Positions 57,682 through 64,000 of a DNA stretch of 64,000 nucleotides are shown here, one piece after another. The stretch is from contig CAVOOO010000004.1 in assembly GCA_963697585.1 (NCBI GenBank), positions 861,990 to 925,989 of the forward strand, given 5' to 3'. A model generated the notes under the pieces. That model did not search any database, was not told the origin of the DNA, and was given only the letters and a program-made list of their open reading frames with translations. The DNA is from an uncultured Chloroflexia bacterium (GTDB lineage Bacteria; Chloroflexota; Dormibacteria; Aeolococcales; Aeolococcaceae). Within the stretch, counting starts at the first letter, position 1, and every line of letters begins with the position of its first letter. Made by a program: the position numbers and the translations under genes.

Positions 57682-57875
57682 TGCCTCGCCTGACGCCCGG
57701 CGCCATTGTAGACGGCGGGGAAGCGGCCGCCCGCGCGCGTCGCGGCGTGATGCGGCAGGGGAGATGCGGCCCGCTTCCCTCACCGGGCCGGCGGTCGTCT
57801 CTGTTCTTCTGTGCGCGACCGACGGGCGGAACGGAGCCGTCGCTCCACGGCCCCGCCGCCCGCCATGATCTGAGC

Positions 57876-59963
57876 TCAGCGAGTGGCGGCGATCGCCCGC
57901 AGAACCGCCGGTTCCCCGTCCAGCTCCCGGCTTGGGGCGCTGACCGTCTCCGGCCTGCCGAACAGGAATCCCTGGGCCCGGGTCACGCCCAGCCGGATCA
58001 GCTCGGCGGCGACGCTCAGCTTCTCGATCCCCTCGGCGACGACGTCGGCGTTGATCTGCTCGGCGAGCGCGATGCACTCGAAGATCAGCGCTCGCGCCTC
58101 CCCGTCGAAGCAGCGGTTGGTGATGTCGGCGTCGATCTTGATGACGTCGGGGCGGGCGGCGTAGAGGAGGTCGATGCCGACCCCGGGCCGGCCGGTGTCG
58201 TCGATGCCGATCTTGAATCCGGCTCGCCGGTAGACGTCGACCCGAGCTGAGAGCTGGCCGAGATTGGTGAACCGATCGGCGTCCGCGATCTCCAGCACGA
58301 CGTTTGCCGGGGGCCGCCCGATCCAGCGCAGCAGACTGCGCATCTGCTCGACGTCCTCGTCGACGTCGGAGACCGCCGAGAGGTCGATGTTCAGGTAGAG
58401 CTGGGCGTCGCTGCGGATGCCCTCGGCACCCCGGACCACCGCGCGGCGGCAGATCCAATCGAGCTCGTTGGCCACGCCCAAGCGCTGGGCGGTCGCGAAG
58501 AACTCCTCGACGTTCTCGGCGCCGTCCAGGTTGATCGGCCTGGAGAGGCCCTCGTAGGCCACGATGTGGGCGTCGGGCAGGGTCACGATGGGCTGATAGA
58601 CCGGGTGGATCTGCTGGGAGGCGAGGGTCCGGCTGAGCAGGGTGGTCCAGCCTCGTCCCGGGTCGGCGGCGGGCCGGCCGGTTATCGACCCGACCACTCG
58701 GTTGCGCCCCTCACGCTTGGCCCGGCCCAGGGCCTCGGCGGCACGAGCCCACACCACCCCGGGGTCCTCGCCGGTGGCGCCGACCGCCCAGCCGACGCTG
58801 ACCCGGGCCGGGAAGGCTCCACCGACGAGCTCGGCGACCGCTGCACGCATCCGCTCGGCGACGCTGCCGACGACGGCGGTGGCGGCCCCGACGGTGAGGA
58901 TCGCGAACTCGTCGTCGCCGCTGCGGCTGACGACGTCGCGCTCTCGCGTCGAGGCCAGGAGGGTCCGGGCCACGGAGCGCAGAGCGTCGTCGCCGGCCTC
59001 GCGACCCAGGGTGTTGTTGAGCTGATCAAGGTGGTCGAAGTCGACCGAGATGACCGCGAACGAGTCCCGGACCTCGCGGCAGCGCTGCTCGAACGTGGCC
59101 CGGTCGATGAGCCCGGTCAGCGGGTCGGTCGGAACCTCGGGCGCCGCCGCGGGTCCCTGGCCCCGGACCAGGTTCGAGACCGCCAGGGTCGCGATCCCGC
59201 TCAGGCCGTCGACCAGGGTGACCTCGTCGACCCGGAATGCCCGGTCGCGTCGCTCGGCCACGATCATCGCGCGGATGGCCGTCCCGGCGTGGATGGGGCT
59301 CGCGATCCGGTGGGGCGACGGACCGGCCTCGGCGAGGGTCTGGTCCCCGGTGACCGCGGCCAGGACGAGGGGATCGGCGCTGAGCGGATTGCTCTCCGCG
59401 ACCGTGGACCCGGCGGCTGCGCCGTGCACGCCGGCCACCACCATCGTGTCGCGTTCGATCCTGTACGCCCGGACGATCACCGGGGACGCTGTGCGGGTCT
59501 CGAGAAGGGCGACGACCGCTGCACCCGCGGCGGTCATCACGGCGTCGACGTCCTCACCCCTGCTGATCCGGGCCATCGCTTCGAGGATCCGGTCCGGCCG
59601 GCTGACGCGGGGGGTGCCGCGCGGGCTGCCGCCCCGACGGGGGCGGCCGAGCTGACCGATGTCCCGGCGGGTCTCACGGTGGGGGGAGTGCAGCGCCGGC
59701 GCAGGGTGGCGAACCGCCAGGCTGCCGGCGGCGGCGACGGTGGCGCCGGCGGCGGCAACCGCCATCGCCAGCGCTGCGGCGCCGGTCGCCCGAAGGCTGT
59801 CGACGCCGAGGGGGCCGTGACTGCCGGTGAGGACGACGGCGGCGAACAGCCCGGCTCCGGCCACCAGGAAGGAGAGGGTTGCCGCCCTGGCGCGCCCTGA
59901 TCTGACGGGACGCGCGCAGGGCGGGGAGAGTGGGCTGCGGGGGGTGAGTTGGGGGAGGTTCAC
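57876..59963 (-). CDS. membrane-anchored GAF-GGDEF-EAL signalling protein (c-di-GMP metabolism; both catalytic motifs variant)
   Basis: N-terminal TM (ATLSFLVAGAGLFAAVVLTG). GGDEF domain with RSGDDEF in place of RxGGDEF. EAL domain with YEGLSRP (EGL in place of EAL). The start is uncertain; the GTG at 59963 is proposed. Confidence 0.7.
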   Translation of the reverse strand: MNLPQLTPRSPLSPPCARPVRSGRARAATLSFLVAGAGLFAAVVLTGSHGPLGVDSLRATGAAALAMAVAAAGATVAAAGSLAVRHPAPALHSPHRETRRDIGQLGRPRRGGSPRGTPRVSRPDRILEAMARISRGEDVDAVMTAAGAAVVALLETRTASPVIVRAYRIERDTMVVAGVHGAAAGSTVAESNPLSADPLVLAAVTGDQTLAEAGPSPHRIASPIHAGTAIRAMIVAERRDRAFRVDEVTLVDGLSGIATLAVSNLVRGQGPAAAPEVPTDPLTGLIDRATFEQRCREVRDSFAVISVDFDHLDQLNNTLGREAGDDALRSVARTLLASTRERDVVSRSGDDEFAILTVGAATAVVGSVAERMRAAVAELVGGAFPARVSVGWAVGATGEDPGVVWARAAEALGRAKREGRNRVVGSITGRPAADPGRGWTTLLSRTLASQQIHPVYQPIVTLPDAHIVAYEGLSRPINLDGAENVEEFFATAQRLGVANELDWICRRAVVRGAEGIRSDAQLYLNIDLSAVSDVDEDVEQMRSLLRWIGRPPANVVLEIADADRFTNLGQLSARVDVYRRAGFKIGIDDTGRPGVGIDLLYAARPDVIKIDADITNRCFDGEARALIFECIALAEQINADVVAEGIEKLSVAAELIRLGVTRAQGFLFGRPETVSAPSRELDGEPAVLRAIAATR

Positions 59964-60347
59964 CTTGTCATCGCTCGGGGGCGTTGGTGGGATGAGGCAA
60001 TTCTCGGTGGCGGGCCCCGGAGCCCCAAGAGCAACGGGCGTCAAAGTGCCGTAGTGCACTTGCACTCTTTGGCGTGATCCGTGACACGACGTCTCCTCTC
60101 CGTCACCGCCACGCGGCGCGCCGTGGCAACGCCGGCCTCCCGGGGCAGCCGCGCCCCATGACCGCCGCCGAGGAGGCCGCTGCGGGGTCCGGCTTGCGGG
60201 TTGTGCTCAACGCACCGTGCCCCGGCGCCTGATCCGGGATTCTGGCCGGCCGGCTGTGGACATGCGGCCTTCATCTCGGCTATCCTCGGGCGCAGAGTAC
60301 GAGACTGCGGCCCCGGATCGGCGGCCTCAGCCATCCAGAGGGTGTCC

Positions 60348-61688
60348 ATGCCAGGCGCTCGCCCCCGTCCCACAACTCCTGACGTCGTCGCCGCGGCTCA
60401 GGCGGCCGGCATCCGCCACCTCGATCTCCAGTTCACCGACGTCACCGGTTCCGTGAAGACGGTGACCATCCCCGCCAGCGAGCTCTCCGCGGCCCTGGAG
60501 CACGGGGTGTGGTTCGACGGGTCGTCGGTGGAGTCGGTGGCTCGCACCGCCGAGTCGGATATGTACCTGGTCCCGGATCCGTCCACGTTCACCCTCTTCC
60601 CCTGGGCTCCGGCGCCCACCGGGCGGTTGATCTGCTGGCTCACCACTCCCGAGGGGGACGCCTACGCCGGGGATCCGCGCGGGGCGCTGCGGAGGGCCGT
60701 CGAGCGGGCCGCCGCGCTCGGATACGCCTATCGGGTGGGACCGGAGATCGAGTTCTACCTGCTCGAGAGGGACGGGTTGGGGCGGCCGGTGCAGCCTCTC
60801 CACGATCGCGGCGGCTACTTCGACTTCGCGACCGATCCGACCGTGGCGGTCCGGCAGACCATGGCCGAGCAGCTCAGCGCCATGGGTCTGGGCGTCAACA
60901 CCATCCATCACGAGGTGGGGAGCGGCCAGCACGAGATCGACGTGGTCGCCCAGGAGGCCCTCAAGGCGGCGGATGACGTGGTCACCTTCCGCTACACGCT
61001 GCGGGCCATCGCCCAGCAGCACGCTCTGACCGCGACGTTCATGCCCAAGCCCTTCTTCGGGCAGCCGGGAAGTGGCATGCACGTCCATCAGTCGCTGACC
61101 CGCGCCAGCGACGGCAGCAACGCCTTCGCCGGCGACGACGACTACGGGCTGAGCGACGTCGCCAAGCACTTCATCGCCGGCCAGCTGCACCACGCGGCGG
61201 GGATGTGCCTCGTTCTGGCCCCGCTGATCAACTCGTACAAGCGGCTGGTGCGCGGGTTCGAGGCTCCGGTGTTCGTCTCCTGGGCTCGCACCAACCGAGG
61301 AGCGCTGGTCCGCGTGCCCCACGTGGGCCGGCCGGAGGTCACCCGCGTCGAGCTGCGCAGCCCGGATCCGTCCTGCAACCCCTACCTCGCCTTCGCGGTG
61401 ATGCTGCGCTGCGGCCTGGATGGCATCGAGCGCCGGCTCGCCCTCCCGCCACCGGTGGAGGAGTCCCTCTACGGCTTCGACGACGTCGAGCTCGAGCGTC
61501 GCAATGTCGGGCTGCTGCCCGACAACCTCAAGGACGCCATGTCCGCCCTGGAGGCGGACGAGGTCGTGCTCGACGCGCTCGGCGACACCCTGGCGGAGCG
61601 GTTCCTCGAGGTCAAGCTCCTGGAGTGGAAGGAGTACCGGGCCCAGGTCACTCCGTGGGAGCAGGAGCAGTACCTGGAGCGAGCCTGA
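60348..61688 (+). CDS. glutamine synthetase family protein, type I-like (GlnA paralog / gamma-glutamyl-amine synthetase candidate)
   Basis: ATG at 60348. GS beta-grasp and catalytic domains: GSSVESVARTAESDMYLVPDPSTF, HHEVGSGQHEI, FMPKPFFGQPGSGMHVHQSL, NPYLAF. Confidence 0.85.
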   Translation: MPGARPRPTTPDVVAAAQAAGIRHLDLQFTDVTGSVKTVTIPASELSAALEHGVWFDGSSVESVARTAESDMYLVPDPSTFTLFPWAPAPTGRLICWLTTPEGDAYAGDPRGALRRAVERAAALGYAYRVGPEIEFYLLERDGLGRPVQPLHDRGGYFDFATDPTVAVRQTMAEQLSAMGLGVNTIHHEVGSGQHEIDVVAQEALKAADDVVTFRYTLRAIAQQHALTATFMPKPFFGQPGSGMHVHQSLTRASDGSNAFAGDDDYGLSDVAKHFIAGQLHHAAGMCLVLAPLINSYKRLVRGFEAPVFVSWARTNRGALVRVPHVGRPEVTRVELRSPDPSCNPYLAFAVMLRCGLDGIERRLALPPPVEESLYGFDDVELERRNVGLLPDNLKDAMSALEADEVVLDALGDTLAERFLEVKLLEWKEYRAQVTPWEQEQYLERA

Positions 61689-61728
61689 TGACCGCCCGGG
61701 GCACCGGCGTCACGGCCGGGAGGCGGCG

Positions 61729-63351
61729 GTGATCACCGTCAAGGACGTCTGGCGCGGGGCCCTCCCCGCCGGAACCGAGCTGCTCGGCGGTCGCGGGGGC
61801 CTGGAGCGTCAGGTCGACTGGGCCACGTCACTGCGCACCCGCCCACCCGCCTTCGAGGCCATCAAGGGCGGAGAGATCGCCTTCATCGCGGTGCGCTCCA
61901 TCAAGCTGCTCGATGAGCGTCTCGACCTCACCCGGGTCCTCGACAGCTTCGCCGGCAAGGGTGGGGTGGCGGCCGCTGTCATCGGGGAGGTGGTGGATCC
62001 GGCCGTGGAGCTCGCGGATCGCCTGATGCTGCCCCTGCTCCGGCTGCCCGAGCAGGCGCACCTCGCCGACGTGCAGCAGGCGACGACCAGGTTCATCCTG
62101 GACCAGCGCACCGCCCTTCACGATCGCGCTCAGGAGCTTCAGACCGAGCTGATGGAGCTGGCCCTCAACGGGGCGGGCCCGGCCGGGATCGTGGATCGCC
62201 TCGCCGAGCTGCTCGGGCTGCCCTGCGCCTGGCAGGACGAGTTGGGGGAGCTCCGCCGCGCCGCCGGCGATCTGCCTCCCGCCGCCGGGGAACGGCCGTG
62301 GGCCGCCGAGATGCCCGCCGTCCGGCGCTTCGCCGACTCCTCCGTGGTGCTGGCCGCCAACCCGCCGGTCCGCGAGTTCCCGCTGGGCGCGACCGGGATC
62401 GCCCGCGTGGTCGCGCCCATCCCCCTCCGCGATGGCATCGGCGGTTTCATCTCGGTGCTCGGGGACGAGGCCGCCCTGGGCCAGCTGGTGCGGCTCGGCT
62501 GTGCGCGAGCAGCCTCGGCGTGCGCCATCGAGCTGGACCGGGAGCGGGCGGTGCTCGCCGCTCGCGACGACCTGGAGGGAGAGTTCGCGACCGCCCTGCT
62601 CACCGGGGCCTACAGCTCGGAGGGGTCGATGCTGGAGCGGGCCCGCCGGGTGGGCGCCTCGCTCGGCGACGAGTCGGTGGTCATGGTGGTGCGCCCCTCC
62701 GCCCGCAGCCTCGCCCCGGATCCCCAGGGGTGGCCCGACAGCGGGGTGCGCTCGGCCCAGCGCTGGGCCCAGCGCCGCGGCCTGCAGGCTCTGGCCGCCG
62801 CCCACCAGGGCGCGGTGGTGGTGATCGCCGGCGCCGGGCAGACCGACCTGCGGCGGGCCGCCGCCGAGCTTGCCGCCGACTGCCGGGGGGCGGCCGGGAA
62901 CCTCCCCATGGCGGTGGGCATCGGCCGTCCCAAGCACGGCCTGGGCGGGGTCCACAGCTCGCACCGCGAAGCCGAGCAGGCCCTGGGCATGGGCCTCAAG
63001 CTGGATGCCACCGCCGTGGTGGTCAGCTTCGTCGACCTCGGGCTCCACCGTCTGCTCTACTCGGTAGCCCAGCACCCCGAGCTCCATGAGTTCCTCCGGG
63101 ACAGCCTCGGGGCGCTGATCGCCTACGACGAGAAGGGGAACGGCGACCTGCTGCGCACCCTCGACGCCTTCTTCCGGTGCCACGGATCGCCCACCGAGAC
63201 CGCCCAGGCGCTGAAGCTGCATCGCAACACCGTCCTCTATCGCCTGCGCCGCATCGAGGAGGTGGGCCGGCTGCGTCTCAGCGACCCCGACACCCGCCTC
63301 AACCTCCAGCTCTGTCTGCGTATCCGCGACGTTCTGCAGGCCGCGGGATGA
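61729..63351 (+). CDS. PucR/CdaR-family transcriptional regulator
   Basis: GTG at 61729. PucR-type N-terminal domain (ITVKDVWRGALPAGTELLGG...) and C-terminal HTH (LRTLDAFFRCHGSPTETAQALKLHRNTVLYRLRRIEEV). Confidence 0.75.
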   Translation: MITVKDVWRGALPAGTELLGGRGGLERQVDWATSLRTRPPAFEAIKGGEIAFIAVRSIKLLDERLDLTRVLDSFAGKGGVAAAVIGEVVDPAVELADRLMLPLLRLPEQAHLADVQQATTRFILDQRTALHDRAQELQTELMELALNGAGPAGIVDRLAELLGLPCAWQDELGELRRAAGDLPPAAGERPWAAEMPAVRRFADSSVVLAANPPVREFPLGATGIARVVAPIPLRDGIGGFISVLGDEAALGQLVRLGCARAASACAIELDRERAVLAARDDLEGEFATALLTGAYSSEGSMLERARRVGASLGDESVVMVVRPSARSLAPDPQGWPDSGVRSAQRWAQRRGLQALAAAHQGAVVVIAGAGQTDLRRAAAELAADCRGAAGNLPMAVGIGRPKHGLGGVHSSHREAEQALGMGLKLDATAVVVSFVDLGLHRLLYSVAQHPELHEFLRDSLGALIAYDEKGNGDLLRTLDAFFRCHGSPTETAQALKLHRNTVLYRLRRIEEVGRLRLSDPDTRLNLQLCLRIRDVLQAAG

Positions 63352-63659
63352 TCCTCGGCCTCCCCGTCGACGAGGCGGTGTGCATCCGGACCGGCGGGCG
63401 CGGCGACGGAACCAGCCATCATCCCGCCCAGGAGCACCGGGGCCCCTGACCTGTGCCGGCCAGGAGTGGCCGCCCGGTGGCACCCCGGCCACCGCTGCGA
63501 AGCAGCGCGGTGTGAGCACAAGCCGGGCGGCTGCGCGATTGTGCGACCGGCCCATAGGAGCCGTGACGGCCTGCCCCTACGATCGCGAGATCTGGCGGTG
63601 TCCGCTGTGGCCACCCTCAGCCGCCGTCCCCTGAAGAGCCCCAGTGGAGGCGCCCCCCA

Positions 63660-64000
63660 ATGAGTGCACGTCCGTCGGCCGCTCCCGAGGTCCGCCTTGC
63701 GGAGATGTTCACGACCTCCGCCACCGGGTTGGCCGGGGAGCTGTGCCGCGCCTCCCGGCCGCTGCTGCCGGTGCTGCAGGGGCGGATGCTGCGCCTCGAT
63801 GAGCTGAGCGTCACCGCGGGCCTGGAGCGGCAGAGCCCGCTGGCGGCCGCGGTGATGGCGCTCGGACCGGCGGTGTCCGCGGTCGGTGCCGGGGTCGCGG
63901 CCATTGGGGGGCTGGGGGCTGCGGAGGCGACCGCCATGGCGGGGCTGGCGGAGAGCGTCGTCGAGGTGGGCCTGGACGCGCTCGAGGCCATCGAGGTCGG
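63660..64000 (+). CDS. hypothetical protein, 5' part only (runs off the window end)
   Basis: ATG at 63660: MSARPSAAPEVRLAEMFTTSATGLAGELCRASRPLLPVLQGRMLRLDELSVTAGLERQ... Clean composition; function unknown. Confidence 0.35.
   Translation, partial: MSARPSAAPEVRLAEMFTTSATGLAGELCRASRPLLPVLQGRMLRLDELSVTAGLERQSPLAAAVMALGPAVSAVGAGVAAIGGLGAAEATAMAGLAESVVEVGLDALEAIEV

Noticed and set aside
1-64000. CRISPR arrays, IS elements, integrases, phage or defence modules
   Set aside because: No repeat-spacer periodicity, no transposase or integrase-like ORFs, and no compositional islands apart from the short AT-rich operator region at about 25.6 kb. The holin-family gene at 14568 is the common actinobacterial Holin-X family and has no phage context.

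Overview
The window is a 64 kb, high-GC (about 72%) bacterial chromosomal segment, most likely from an actinobacterium (plausibly a Thermoleophilia- or Rubrobacteria-like lineage). It is densely coding on both strands, and many ORFs in the supplied track are Arg/Gly-rich antisense shadows of real genes. I support about 55 protein genes, 2 tRNAs, no rRNA, no CRISPR array and no obvious mobile element.

Gene content:
- Housekeeping genes: a partial 2-oxoacid:ferredoxin oxidoreductase alpha subunit, citrate synthase, an aldo/keto reductase, NRAMP MntH, OtsA, HolB, a glutamine-synthetase-family enzyme with a PucR regulator, and myo-inositol-1-phosphate synthase followed by a phosphatidylinositol-mannoside gene set (acyltransferase, PimA-like GT4, PgsA1-like).
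- Accessory blocks:
  - a four-gene minus-strand operon centred on an SQD1-type UDP-sulfoquinovose synthase, with a GT2 transferase and a flippase-like membrane protein;
  - two HspR-like MerR regulators flanking a CheY-like receiver gene, with a perfect 20-bp tandem repeat between them;
  - an archaeal/eukaryal-type TyrRS immediately downstream of an archaeal/eukaryal-type tRNA-Tyr (C1:G72, short variable loop), while the tRNA-Gln in the same window is bacterial type;
  - a persulfide/thiosulfate locus: a tri-domain FAD-binding + metallo-beta-lactamase + rhodanese fusion, a rhodanese, and a divergent ArsR regulator on an AT-rich island;
  - two paralogous methyl-accepting chemotaxis proteins, one behind a near-consensus promoter that carries a LacI-family operator identical in pattern to the autoregulatory operator of a LacI gene 2.3 kb downstream;
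  - a beta-glucoside/oligosaccharide utilisation locus: LacI, an Opp-type ABC importer, GH94 phosphorylase, GH1, a BadF-type sugar kinase and a 1147-aa GH94-clan-like protein.
- Two genes are frame-disrupted: a HisC-like aminotransferase (single-base frameshift) and a DinB-like gene (in-frame TAG).
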